A stretch of 64,000 nucleotides of DNA from Octopus sinensis (Eukaryota), in assembly GCF_006345805.1 (NCBI RefSeq), contig NC_043007.1, positions 59,086,001 to 59,150,000 of the forward strand, written 5' to 3'. Below the pieces are notes generated by a model, which did no database searches, was not told the origin of the DNA, and worked only from the letters and a program-made list of their open reading frames with translations. Positions 13,316 through 25,808 of the stretch are shown here, piece by piece; within the stretch, counting starts at the first letter, position 1; each line of letters begins with the position of its first letter. The position numbers and the translations under genes were made by a program.

Positions 13316-13603
13316 TCATTTCTTTGACATCACTTCCAATTTGATTCGATTAGCAATTGCCTGCCTCATTGCTATAGCTTCATTCTTCACAGTATTTGAC
13401 TCTTGTGAGACTTTATCTGGCTTCTGGGTTAGCAGAGAGCGGGCAATTCGAGCAGATTTTGGTCGTTGTGGCTGATCTTTCTCTGCCTTCATCAGTTGCT
13501 TTTGCCGTTCATTCTTCTTCATTTCAATTAGTTTGTCTCTTTGTTGACGTAGAAATTCTTGTCTCTTTTTCAAATTTTCTGGATTCAGTTTAGTTGTAAA
13601 AGC
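13316..13603 (-). CDS. CFAP36: CFAP36 terminal coding exon 8 (AFTTKLNPENLKKRQEFLRQQRDKLIEMKK...IANRIKLEVMSKK*)
   Basis: Acceptor gtttcag|GCT; R.++L+Q.RDKL+.M+K and +A.++K.EV+ match the CFAP36 C-terminus. The exon sum is 1101 nt, 366 aa plus stop. Confidence 0.9.
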   Translation of the reverse strand, partial: AFTTKLNPENLKKRQEFLRQQRDKLIEMKKNERQKQLMKAEKDQPQRPKSARIARSLLTQKPDKVSQESNTVKNEAIAMRQAIANRIKLEVMSKK

Positions 13604-14794
13604 CTGAAACGAGTGTAATTTGATTCAATTAAATTCATTCAGTTGACTGTATCATTAATGGATTACAAATAATTAAAGCAAGATTTAATGATGTTACCAC
13701 TGAGATGCTGTCATACATGCAAAACAAGAGACATAATGAACATTTTAGTGTTTAAAGTTGAAATAGATATTGATTGCAAATTTTGTTACAAGGCCAGCAA
13801 TTTTGGGAGAGGGTATAAGTCGATTACATCAACCCCACTGATACATATTTTATCGACCCCAAAAAGATGAAAGGTAAATTCAACCTCAGGGGTATTTGAA
13901 CTCAGTAGATACAGAGAGACAAAATACTACGAAGCATTTTGCCTGATGTGCTAACAATTCTGCTAGCTCACAACCTTGAAAAAAAGTTGAAATGGATATT
14001 GGAAAATGAAAGAACAATCTTTTGGGATTGATAAAAATAAGTACTAGTTGAGGACTGGGGCCCATGTAATCAACTTGCTCCCTCCACTCATGCCAAAATT
14101 TGAAACCAATATTACAACCAGACGTTAATCCTATCCTTAAGAATTCCTAGTGAAGGCAATAAGAAACCACCCCAGTTCAGCTTTCCTAATACACAGCAAG
14201 CTGTATGTGTAAAATGGAGGTGTATTCTTTCAAGTGAAAATTGATTTATTTATTAATCAAAATAACAGAGTCATTGATCTTAATCCCCTGTTCTATCTAC
14301 TTCTCTGAAAGCACAATACAAGCTTGAGTGGGTCATGCTGAGTTAGATAAGTGTTGATATATATATCACATCTATAAATTTGCACTGTTTAAAGGAAACT
14401 ATTGTTTACCCTGTTTAGTCATTTTTATACAACTAAATTATGAAAACCACATTTTCAAGACATTCATGTAATAACATGGATTTTATAGAACTTTATATTT
14501 TTAGAAGTTCACTGTGTACCAAGATACTCCTTACAGTGCAACAATGTATCACAGTGTGCCCTCAGTGTACCCCAGTGTACTGTTTCAGAGCCACTGCTCT
14601 GGAAACTTACCTCCACTCAATGATACTCATATTACAAAGGTCAATATATATTATTTTAGTGTGATTTACAGATAAGAAGTGACATGAGTTTCAATGATTT
14701 TAATCAGAATATATGTGATAATATATAACCTACAGGCTCCCTCCCCCCAAATTTCCGGCCTTGTGCCTAGAGTAAAATAGAATACATAACTTAC

Positions 14795-14905
14795 AGATAA
14801 GGATTTATCACTGTCCACAGAAGACACAGAGATGGCATCCTCAACAGAACTTTCATCAGTTGTGTTTGTAAATGAAACAGTTTTATGAGTGGATTTCTTT
14901 ATTTG
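14795..14905 (-). CDS. CFAP36: CFAP36 exon 7 (QIKKSTHKTVSFTNTTDESSVEDAISVSSVDSDKSLS)
   Basis: Acceptor ctcttgcag|CAA, donor TCT|gtaagt; 111 nt, phase 0-0. Confidence 0.75.
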
Positions 14906-16219
14906 CTGCAAGAGAACATAAGGAGAAGACATTGTAAAGGACACACACACACACATGCATGCACATATATAAATTTATACACACACACACATATATATGT
15001 ATATATATAGTAAAAGTGATAATTCAAAATGTGAAAATTGTAAATAATAAAGGTGGCTTATTAGTAATTTACAACTGAAAGGCAGAACTAAAGTGTCTAA
15101 GAGTACTAGTAAGCACCAGTATTGCTATGCCCTGGATGCTGTAGGGAGCTTGACTCCTTTGCCAATCATAAGATAAGTGCTTTACCATGGCTAAGAGTTG
15201 TTTTGACTCTTATTTCTAGCAATGCTGGTGCTTACCTTTAGTCACTTTAGTGATTTCTATAGTTTCGTTTTTGGTTGTAAATTGCTAATAAGCCACCTTT
15301 ATTATTTATAATTTTCACTTTTACCATTTATGAAATCAGCGTGAGATTTCTACAGTATATATATATACTTGCTTATGTACAAACACCCAACATTTTAAGC
15401 AATCAACTTTAGATGTGCAGGCACAGACAACCATTTCAGAATGCTTTTTTTGAATATCTTCTTCTACAGTTATACTGATTCCCTCCAACCTAAAAGTTAG
15501 AGACTGATTTATTTCTTTTATAAAATAAGAGAAACACCTTTTACTTGTCAACTTAGTATCATTTAGACTGGATTACAAAATATATCTTACACCATGTGAA
15601 ATTCTACTTTTATAATTGCAACTGAGGTTGATCACAACAACACCAACACAAGCAGTCCTACAACACCTGTAAGTTATTTAAGATGAGTTAAGTTCTCTTC
15701 CCAATTCACTTGATCTTTATATTTAAAGTAAGATCTACCTCAGTGCTGTTAAAAAAAAACCCTGTTATGACTCTTCTGTAAGCTCTATAATGTGACAGAA
15801 AAATATTGAAACAAATTTCATGCAAACTTATATTTGAAAATATTCAAGTGAGCTAGTATAAATAACAAGTTTGCCTCGAAATCACAGATGAGGAAGAAAA
15901 ACATTACTGTTAAGAAAGCCTCTTCTTAAGATCTTGGAACATTCTAATCTAAGAATGTATTATGACAGGTGTCTTTCAATTTCCATCAATCAAACCCATA
16001 CAATGTACTCATAAAGCTTTGGGTAGCCTGAGGTTGTAGTAGAAGACACTTGCCCAAATTCACAGTGTGATTGAATCCAAAAACCACATGGCTGGGAAGT
16101 GAATTTCTTACCATGCAGCCATGTCTGTATGATACCTGAGAATTAAAGAAATATGGAAATTAGAATCCCTCATCCATACACAGTCTCTCTCAAATATGAT
16201 ACATACATACAAATATATA

Positions 16220-16522
16220 TATATTTATTTATGCACCCTTTTCAAGCCTAGCCAGGCTCATGGGCCCGGTTTCCCGGTTTCTATGATGTATGTGTTCTCC
16301 CCAGCTGGACGGGACGCCAGTCCATCGCAGCATTACTCAAGAAACAGGAAGAAAGAGTGAGAGAAAGTTGAGGTGAAAGAGTACAACAGAGGTTGCCACT
16401 CACCTCCTGTGGAGCCTCGTGGAGTTTTAGGTGTTTTTGCTCAATAAACACACACAACACCCGGTCTGGGAATCGAAATCGCGATCTTCTGACTGCGAGT
16501 CCACTGTCCTAACCACTGGGCC
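16220..16522 (-). mobile_element. tRNA-derived SINE (left member of head-to-head pair)
   Basis: Reverse complement reads GGCCCAGTGGTTAGG..GATTTCGATTCC. The tail has GCGATGGACTGGCGTCCCGTCCAG and AGAAACCGGG. Confidence 0.8.
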
Positions 16523-16527
16523 CAGGT

Positions 16528-16822
16528 GGAGGCGCAATGGCCCAGTGGTTAGGGCAGCGGACTCGCGGTCGTAGAATCGCAGTTTCAATTCCCAGACCGG
16601 GCGTTGTGAGTGTTTATTGAGCGAAAACACCTAAAAGCTCCACGAGGCTCCGGCAGGGGGTGGTGATCCCTGCTGTACTCTTTCACCACTGTTTCTCCCA
16701 CTCTTTCTTCTGTTGGCCTGCTCGCTTAGCCAGCGGGGTGGCGTCATTCGAAGGCTAAAACAATGCGAATGCATTGTGACCAGCGATGTGTAACTACATC
16801 TGATGGACTGGTCGGTCACGTG
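16528..16822 (+). mobile_element. tRNA-derived SINE (right member of head-to-head pair)
   Basis: A-box TGGCCCAGTGG, B-box GTTTCAATTCC; ends gtcacgtgata and runs into a TA array. Confidence 0.8.
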
Positions 16823-16836
16823 ATATATATATATAC

Positions 16837-16880
<44 letters not shown>

Positions 16881-16904
16881 GTATATATATATACATATGT
16901 ATAT

Positions 16905-16936
<32 letters not shown>

Positions 16937-16967
16937 CATATGTATATATATATATATATATATATAC

Positions 16968-17005
<38 letters not shown>

Positions 17006-17065
17006 GTATATATATATATATATATATATACATATGTATATATATATAATATATATATATAATAC

Positions 17066-17101
<36 letters not shown>

Positions 17102-17107
17102 GTTATA

Positions 17108-17139
<32 letters not shown>

Positions 17140-17140
17140 C

Positions 17141-17211
<71 letters not shown>

Positions 17212-17273
17212 GTATATATATATATTATATATATATATACATATGTAATATATATATATATATATATATATAC

Positions 17274-17309
<36 letters not shown>

Positions 17310-17367
17310 GTATATATATATATATATATATTACATATGTATATATATATTATATATATATATATAC

Positions 17368-17446
<79 letters not shown>
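16822..17446. repeat. (TA)n array punctuated by CATATG
   Basis: About 620 bp; source of several spurious IY-repeat ORFs. Confidence 0.95.
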
Positions 17447-17449
<3 letters not shown>

Positions 17450-17643
17450 AGTAGGTGAATGAATTATCCTAGCATGGAAAATTCGTTTAACCGATACCTG
17501 GGTAGCAAATTCATGTCAGAAAACACGGTTGAAGCTACCTGTCAAGGGTAGAAACTCAGGGTTCTTGTGTGGAAATTTGTGTGTTTTTTATATGAATAAA
17601 TGAAAGAATGGAGTCAAACGAAGATTCTAACAAAATTCCTTTA

Positions 17644-17726
17644 CTCTCAACACATGTTTCGAAGATGGCATACTTTTAATTCCGAAGGAATAAAGGGTGC
17701 ATTATGCCATCTTCTCATCAGGAAAG
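17644..17726 (-). ncRNA. Type I hammerhead ribozyme (inverted twin of 18953-19035)
   Basis: Same fold, perfect 12-bp stem II, GUU triplet. Confidence 0.78.
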
Positions 17727-18952
17727 GTAAGGAACCTCTTTCAGCCACAAGACGAACAAAAGTTTTTGATGATTGCCTACATGGTGACCACAGTGATAAT
17801 GAGTGTTTTTTTAAAATAATCCGTTATAAGCAATGACGTCAAAAATGGGTAGAAGGAGGAAGTATTAAAATAGGTAGGGGACACTATGTATGCTGTATGT
17901 ATGGGGATGTGCGGGTGTGTGCTTGTGTTAATGAGAGCGAGTTTTTGTGTATGTGTATGAGTGTGTGTATATAACTGCATTTGTGTCTGTGTGTGTGTAT
18001 GTGTGATTGTGCGTGTGAGGGAGACAAACGTCAAATATACTTAGTAGTAAGGTGTAAAATTTGTGTCTGTGTATTTGATTGTGTGTGTTAGAGAGAGATA
18101 TAAACATACGTCAAAGATATTTAGTAGCAATGGAACATATAACGGAGCAGAAAGAAAGTTCGAAGGCATAGGAAAGAATTTGTCTATGGCAGTGGTGTTG
18201 ATGGGAAGCTAATTGTTAAAACTTCAGTGGTTTTCTATATCATTTATATGAGTGGAAAGTGTGTTTCTGCCAATGCTTACATTTATACGATTTTTCTATG
18301 AGTGTGTTTACTAGGGGAACCTTGGTGAAAAGGATATAGAAGAGTTCAGAATTACAAATGTTACAAAATTTTCTGCCCTTATCAAAAGGAAAGGATACAG
18401 ACAATATAAACCAATCCAACTTGAAAGTTATATTATTGTCTTTAAGATGCCAAACTAATTTACTCAGTCCTGTACTATGTCGTTTTTTCTTATCTCGGAA
18501 AGTCGAATAATGATTGGAAATTCTCTTGGATAACTGAGAAGTTGTCGCACCTATATAGAAGAAGACATCGGTACCGGAAGAAATTCTACACTGGTAAATG
18601 GAATTCTTAATTTTGGAATTACTGGACAAAAATTTTAATCTGTTAGGGTTTTCCTCCGAGATCGAGACAGAGTTTTTATTGTTATGATTGTTGTTTTTAT
18701 TACTACTAGCGTTAACAACTACACTATTTCTATTATTATTATTATTATTAATTGTACTACAACCAGCAATATCCCCTACAATAGTACCGTTGTTGCTGTT
18801 ACCATCAACACTACTGCTGTTATTAACCCGACTAATACTATTATTAATATCATCATTGCTAACACTAACGCTGCTACGAATGCTGTTACTATCAATACTA
18901 TTTCTATTATTATGATTGTATGATCGTCTTGTGGCTGAAAGAGGCTCCTTAT

Positions 18953-19035
18953 CTTTCCTGATGAGAAGATGGCATAATGCACCCTTTATTCCTTCGGAAT
19001 TAAAAGTATGCCGTCTTCGAAACATGTGTCGAGAG
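18953..19035 (+). ncRNA. Type I hammerhead ribozyme, canonical core
   Basis: CTTTC-CTGATGA-GAAGATGGCATA(30-nt loop)TATGCCGTCTTC-GAAA-CATGTG-TC|GAGAG: 5-bp stem I, 12-bp stem II, GUC triplet, self-complementary stem III. Confidence 0.8.
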
Positions 19036-19093
19036 TAAAGGAATTTTGTTAAAATCTTCGTTCGACTCCATTCTTTCATTTATTTATATATAT

Positions 19094-19273
19094 ATCATCA
19101 TCATCGTTTAGCGTCCGCTTTCCATGCTAGCATGGGTTGGACGGGTCAACTGGGGGTCTGTGAAGCTGGAAGGCTTCGTCAGGCCCAGTCAGATCTGGCA
19201 GTGTTTCTACGGCTGGATGCCCTTCCTAACGCCAACCACTCCGCGAGTGTAGTGGGTGTTTTTTATGTGCCAC

Positions 19274-19275
<2 letters not shown>
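19094..19275 (-). mobile_element. RTE-tail element (3' UTR with (GAT)n tail)
   Basis: Matches 2210-2394. Similar copies at about 20290-20495 and 24690-24855. Confidence 0.75.
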
Positions 19276-19313
<38 letters not shown>

Positions 19314-19418
19314 ATATGTATGTATATATTATTTCACTTAGGCATAGTGATACTAATAACCTGGTGTTAGAACTCAGTATATATATATATATATATGCTT
19401 CAGAACAAGTCTCATTAC

Positions 19419-19505
19419 TTTAGAAGTTTCTACATCTTGTTCTTCAGTATCCACATCTTCAGAATCTTCATCACTTTTAGCATCAGTCGTCAGATTCATC
19501 ATTGC
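19419..19505 (-). CDS. CFAP36: CFAP36 exon 6 (AMMNLTTDAKSDEDSEDVDTEEQDVETSK)
   Basis: Acceptor tatacag|GCA, donor AAA|gtaatg; 87 nt, phase 0-0; acidic linker. Confidence 0.75.
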
Positions 19506-20936
19506 CTGTATAATAATGATACAACATTTAGAACTTCGTTACAACACTTTACAATGAATCGCTTTTTTTATTATTAACCATTAAATTTCTAAAGTCTCTA
19601 ATGCTGGAGACACTGGACTAAAATAAAAGGAAAATGGGAAATATTATAGAAACAGGAGGAAATAACTCATAAATACATAAATAATAAACGATGATTTTAA
19701 AACCTGTAGTGTGTATGATGTCTCAAATATACACTCCTTGTTTTAGTATCCATTTTGCCATTTTTCCAAGATTTGTTGAGGTACATATTAAATTATATAA
19801 TTACTTTGATAAATATATTTAGAAAATGATTATCATCAATGCCACTTTTGGCTAAGTTAGCTCATTGCTGAATAAAAAGCCTTCCTTTTAGATTTCTCTA
19901 CAAATTATGAGCTGATCATTATTATGTAATATATTGTGTAATATCTTTGCATTGCACATTTGCTAACTCTTGATCTTTTTCTTCATATTCTACTTTCTCA
20001 AAAAAATTTCTATCAAATGACAATCTTTTGGAAGTTCATTATCCATTCATAGAACATAATCAAGGGATATTGATTGATACCAAAGCTGGATAGGGTAAGC
20101 ACCAGCCCATCTATTTACTACATACAACAGCCAGAAAAATACCAATTCAATTTTCTTTCCACACCTCAGAAGTATTGAAGGCCAATCTCAAAATGCTGAA
20201 CCTTACAAAGGAGACGACAGAGGACTGAGATACGTGGCACATTGTTGCACTCAAGAAGACCTGCCTATCACAAGAGAATTGAGATCCTAAAACCAAGGTA
20301 CCACATAAAAAGCATTGGTGAGTGCTGGTGCCATGTAAAAAGCACTGGTGCTGGTGCCACATAAAAACTCCCAGTACACTCTGTAGAGTGATTGACGTCA
20401 GAAAGAGCATCCAGCCATAGAAATCAAGCCAAAGCAGACTATGGAATCTGGTGTGGTCCCTAGCCATTCCAGTTCCTGTCAAGCCATCCAACCTATGTCC
20501 TATCCTTAAGAATTCCTAGTGAAGGCAACAACAAACCACCCCAGTTCAGCTTTCCTAATACACAGCAAGCTGTGTGTGTAAAATGGAGGTGTATTCTTTC
20601 AAGTGAAAATTGATAATGATCATGATGAGCTCTGAGTAACCATAACATTACCAACTATTTTCTTTTTAACAAAAATCTCACATGATTGGTACTTAATTCC
20701 AGTTTCAGTAACTGTACATGGATGAGAAACATATTTCCGCAAGGAAAGGATGCTATTTATTGCAAGAAAGATTTCCAAAGAGTTCAGGCATTTATTTCTA
20801 GTTAAAATATGATATAAAAAGATTTTCTGTTCCAAGTTAGCTGGCATGACATCGCATGCTATGATCTGGCAGTCTGTTAAGATATCCCCTATCACTGATT
20901 TTATATTATGTCCACAGTTAGGAATGGTTCATTTAC

Positions 20937-21066
20937 CTGCTGCAATTCTTCCCTCTTTCTGTTTTTCTCTTCAGCCAACAGCACTGCTTCATCCTCAGTC
21001 ATAGACAAAATATCTTTAATCTTCAAATTGCACTCACTCAGTAGATCATTGTTTTTCTTGGTTTCA
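20937..21066 (-). CDS. CFAP36: CFAP36 exon 5 (SETKKNNDLLSECNLKIKDILSMTEDEAVLLAEEKNRKREELQQ)
   Basis: Acceptor ttttacag|T, donor CAG|gtaaat; 130 nt, phase 2 to 0; coiled-coil-like. Confidence 0.85.
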
Positions 21067-22110
21067 CTGTAAAACAAACATCAGAGGCAAAAAAGCACTC
21101 ATTTTAATTGCTTCATATATATATATAAAAAAAATGCATTTTTTTTTGTGTATGTGTGTGTATACATACATACAAACACATATACATGTATGTATGTATG
21201 TATGTATGTATGTATGTATGTATGTATGTATGTATGTATGTATGTATGTATGTATGTATGTATGTAGGTAGGTAGGTAGGTAGGTAGGTAGGTAGGTATG
21301 TTTGCATGTGTGTGGATCTGTTAAAAGACACCTGGAAACATTTTGTTTTTCTGTCAGTTGAATTAGTAATACAGTATGAATTATACATATATTGATATCG
21401 CCATACTAAACTGCATCTCTTAACTCAGAGGCTTGGCTCCTGTGAGAAAAAAAATCTTACACACACACACATACAGGAAGTAAAAGTAAGAGACAGGTAG
21501 ACAGATATATATTTAGGCATACATGCATGGGTACATACATCCATACATGCATGCATAGATATGCACACACACATACACACACAAATGTTTACAGTAGCTA
21601 AGATATTTTATGTAAACTATAGTAAACAGTATTTACTTGCTGAGTAATAATTCAGAACTAAAGAGAATAACAAAAGTTGCAGAAGGAGTTTAACTACTTA
21701 TCCAAAATTGTGTAAGCTGTGTGAGCATGTGTTAATCTTTATATATGCCATAAATATTTAAGAAATAACTACACATGCGTGCGTGCGCACACACACACAC
21801 ACACAATTCATAGAAAAATGCTTCTATAGTCAGGGCCATCTTGGCAGCATTATAGACATCTGAGCAAATCAGTGCACTGGACCATATAGTATTCTTTTAT
21901 GCTTTTACTTGATTCAGTCGGTTGACTGTGGTCATACTGGAGCACCATCTTGAAGGGTTTTAAGTCGAACAAATCAACCCCAGGACTTATTTTTTAAACC
22001 TAGTACATATTCTATTGGTCCCTTTTGCTAAACCACTAAGTTACAGGGATGTAAACACAGCACCAGCACCAGTTATCAAGTGGTGATGGGGAAACAAATA
22101 CAGACACAAA

Positions 22111-22160
<50 letters not shown>

Positions 22161-23007
22161 TGTATGACAGGCTTCTTTTGGTTTCCATCTACCAAATCCA
22201 CTCTGAAGGCTTTGGTTGGCTTGAAGTTGTAGTAGAAGACACTTGTTAAAGGTGCCATGCAGTGAGGTTGAACCCAGAACCATGTGCTTGGGAAGCAAGC
22301 TTCTTACCACATAGTCATGCCATAGCAAACCATAGCATACAAAGTTTAAAATTGGGTCCTAGAGCTGTGGAGCCCCTGGGCAATTGCTCAGTTTGCAACA
22401 TGCCTTTAGACAGTACTGTCTATAGTAGATTTCAAGTAAAGACTTATCATTTGCTAATCATGTGCTGTATCTATGTGGCTATTATGTAGCTATAATCTTG
22501 CATCAGATCTATTATATTCCTATCATCCAATATTATGTCTCTATGGCTATCACATTTCTGTTATCATTCTCACTCTCCACCTAAATATATATAGATATAT
22601 AACTTCTCTACAACAAAAACCTACCCAATCCCAACCTCTTCTCTCATACATTAACCCTCCATTTAACATACAGACACAACATCCACTGTCCCTGGGTTTG
22701 CTGACTTGCAAGCTACATGGCAGCCTAAATAGTGCCAGTGGAATGCAAAAAGTATCCAGTACATGCTGTAAAATGGTTGGTATTAGAAAAGGTATCCAGC
22801 TGTTGAAACTATGCCAAAGCAGACACAAGAGTATGATGCAGTCCTTAATTCAATGGTCCTTGTCAAACTGTCCAGTCTGCTTGGAACATAGATATTAAAT
22901 GATGATGGTGATAAATCCAATATCTCTACTGCTATTATGTTTATCATAAACATATCATACACATTATTTACATTTGATGGATATGTGTCCTCATCTTGTT
23001 TGTTGTT

Positions 23008-23053
23008 AATAGAACATTTCAGCTGATATACCCTCCAGCCTTCATCAGGTGTC
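23008..23053 (-). ncRNA. Decayed minimal type I hammerhead (Penelope pLTR-type)
   Basis: GACAC-CTGATGA-A-GGCTG(GAGGGTATAT)CAGCT-GAAA-TGTT|CTATT. Core intact, but stem III and the stem I 3' strand are mutated. Confidence 0.6.
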
Positions 23054-23099
23054 TTGGGGAAATTTCGAACCTGGGTTCTCATTCCTAAGGGTTTTTTTT

Positions 23100-23194
23100 A
23101 ATGATGATGATGATCATCATGATGGCGATGGTGGTGGTGGTGATGTTGTTGTTGTTGTTGTTGCTGCTGCTTCTTCTTCTTCTTCTTCTTCTTC

Positions 23195-23225
<31 letters not shown>

Positions 23226-23268
23226 TATTATTATTATTATTATTATTTTCCAAGTTTCTCTTAAAATT
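23100..23268. repeat. Compound trinucleotide array GAT/GGT/GTT/GCT/TCT/TAT
   Basis: Directly visible; ends about 20 nt from the CFAP36 exon 4 donor. Confidence 0.95.
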
Positions 23269-23286
23269 CATGTGGAGGTTACTCAC

Positions 23287-23492
23287 CTAATAACAGCTTC
23301 CATGATTGGAAGTTCATCTTTTGGCATAGTGCTCTCCTTGCCCACCTCAACAGAGAGCAATGCACTTGGAATACAGTCAATGGATTGGAAAATCAGTAGA
23401 ATGGCCTGTTGCTGCAGCTCCAGGTTCTTTTGCACCATCAGTTGTATGAAGATGTCATAATTTTCACTGGCCAACACTTGTTCCAGTAAACC
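23287..23492 (-). CDS. CFAP36: CFAP36 exon 4 (GLLEQVLASENYDIFIQLMVQKNLELQQQAILLI...)
   Basis: Acceptor caccag|GGT, donor AG|gtgagt; 206 nt. VLA.E.+..F..+MVQKN+E+Q.QA is the conserved end of the BART domain of CFAP36. Confidence 0.93.
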
Positions 23493-24868
23493 CTGGTGAA
23501 GGAAACAGGTGAAGACAGAAAGGAAAATACAGATTACATGAGATATATGAAAGAATACCTAATAATTAATCTCTTCTCTTGGCATATGTGTACGTGTGTG
23601 TGTGTGTGTGTGTACTAACATAGCTTTACCTTTTATCCTTTACTTGTTTCAGTCATTAGACTGTGGCCATGCTGGGGCACCACCTTGAAGACTTTTCAGT
23701 TGAATGAATTGACTCCAGTATTTTTGTTTTAAAGCCTGGTACTTGTTCTACAGGTGGCTTATTGCTGAACTGCTAAGTTACAGTAATATAAACACACCAA
23801 CAGTGGTTATCAAGTAGTGGTGGTGGTGGTGGTGGTGGGCAGACAGACACAGACACACACATGTGCATGCATGCACACATACGCACGTGCATGCACACAC
23901 ACACACACACACAATGGATTTCTTTCAGTTTCCATCTACCAAATCTACTCACTCAGGTCAGCCTGAGGCTATAGTAGAAGACACTTGTCCAAGGTGCCAT
24001 GCAGTGGGAGTGAACCCAGAACCATGTGATTTGGAAACAAGCTTCTTATCGCACAGCCATACCTGCTTATTTTGTAATAGTATTTATGTTAAGAAGCATC
24101 AACACCTTTTAATGTACATCTATGACAAACATGTTCATTGACATTGTTTCACTGCAGCCTTTGGACATCAGCAACAACATTGATATTATTTCTTAAATTT
24201 CCATAAAATTTCAGGGTGGGAAGTGTATGACTGATAAAATGACAAGTTTCTTTCAGTTTCTACCTACCAGACCCACTAACAAGGTTTTGGTTGACCTAAG
24301 GCTATAATAGAAGACATTTGCCCAAGGTGTCATGCAGTGGGAGTGAACCTGGAACCATGTGGTTAGAAAGCAAGCTTCTTACCACACAACCACACTACAC
24401 ACACACACCTTTACTTGTTTCACTTGTTTAACTGAGACTATGCAGGGACATCACTTTAAAGAGTTTTGGTGGTACAAACCAACCCCAGGACTTATATTTT
24501 AAAGGCTTGTATTTATTTTATCAGTCTCTTTTCGCTGAACCACTGAGTTACAAGAACAAAACAAACCAGCACTAGTTGTCAAGCAATGGAGACACATACA
24601 CACACAGACAAACGCAAAGACATGCACACATATTGGTAGTAATAATCCAGTTAGTCAAAAGAAACAACTGAATTGCTCTTTAATTTATTTGCACACTTTG
24701 TAAAATGGTTGGTGTTAGGAATGGCACCCAGCTGTAGAAACTAAGCCAAAACAGACTATGGGACCTTGTGCAGCCACTGGCCTTGCTAGTTCCTGTCAAG
24801 TCATCTAACCCATGCCAGCATGGAAAATAGACGTAAAATGTTGATGATGATGATTGGTGATGATTTAC

Positions 24869-24979
24869 CTGAAATATTACACGTATGTCCTCCTTGCTGT
24901 GCAGTCTTGTAAGTGCTGTCATGATATCATTGTGAGACAACCCTGAATCAGCTCGGAAGCCTTCTAACAGTGAAGCTAT
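24869..24979 (-). CDS. CFAP36: CFAP36 exon 3 (IASLLEGFRADSGLSHNDIMTALTRLHSKEDIRVIFQ)
   Basis: Acceptor tttcag|ATA, donor CAG|gtaaat; 111 nt, phase 0-0. Confidence 0.9.
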
Positions 24980-25808
24980 CTGAAATGAAAGAAGTGCAAG
25001 ATTTTGGGTTATTTTATACAGACAACTGGGAAGAGACCTGGCAGAATCATTAAGGTGTCAGACAAAATGCCTTGGGGTATTTGTTCTGGCTTTTTAAATT
25101 CTGAGCTCAAATTTTACTGAGGTCAGCTTTACATTTCATCCTGTTAGGGTTGATAAAATAAACTTCCAGTCAAATATTGGGGTCGATGGTATCAACTTAT
25201 CCCACCCCCTCAAAATTGCTAACCTTGTGTCTAAATCAGAAACCATTATATACAGACAGTGAGAGTGGAGCTGACTAAAATGATTGATTCCCAGACAACC
25301 ATCTAAGATGTCATCAATCCATATTCTGTCACTGGCATTGTTAATATCCAAGGCCAGCATGATTAATTTTCATATGGTTCCTTAATTCCCCTTACATCCA
25401 TACTCCCTGCTAACTGAGTTCAAATTATGTTGGTCAACTTTACCTGTCATTCTTCCAAAAACAATAAAATAAACGCCAGATATATTCTATCATGATTCAA
25501 TTGACAACACTACTTGATCAAATTTTGTGGTCCTCAGCCAAAGTTAAGAACTACTACTATTAAAAAGCCAATACTAAGTGTGTGGAATTTGGTTGAGGTA
25601 CTCCCAACTAATTCACATGTAAATTCTATAATGTCCTTTTTGCCCTGAAGATATTTCACTCAAAATCTTAAAAAATGCAAAAATATTTTATTATATATAT
25701 TTTGTAATTTATATTGAGTGTAAATTGAAATGATTGTAGGCAATGTTGATTAATTAAAAATTAATTTCCATCCACTCCCTGCCCACACACACACAAGAAG
25801 TATTATGC

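Larger units (their letters stand above)
17446..19084 (-). mobile_element. Penelope-like 3' fragment (GIY-YIG) bracketed by inverted 161-bp pseudo-LTR segments
   Basis: SIYQCRI..FFYIGAT..QLSKRISNH..C.IC..E in ORF 18240-19079. Inverted repeat at 17595-17755 and 18924-19084. Confidence 0.88.

Noticed and set aside
14129-14245. Intronic snoRNA interpretation of the duplicated segment
   Set aside because: No C/D boxes, and an ACA tail occurs in only one copy with no well-placed H box.
16528-16602. Functional tRNA gene
   Set aside because: The A and B boxes run into a SINE body with no acceptor stem closure or T-run terminator.
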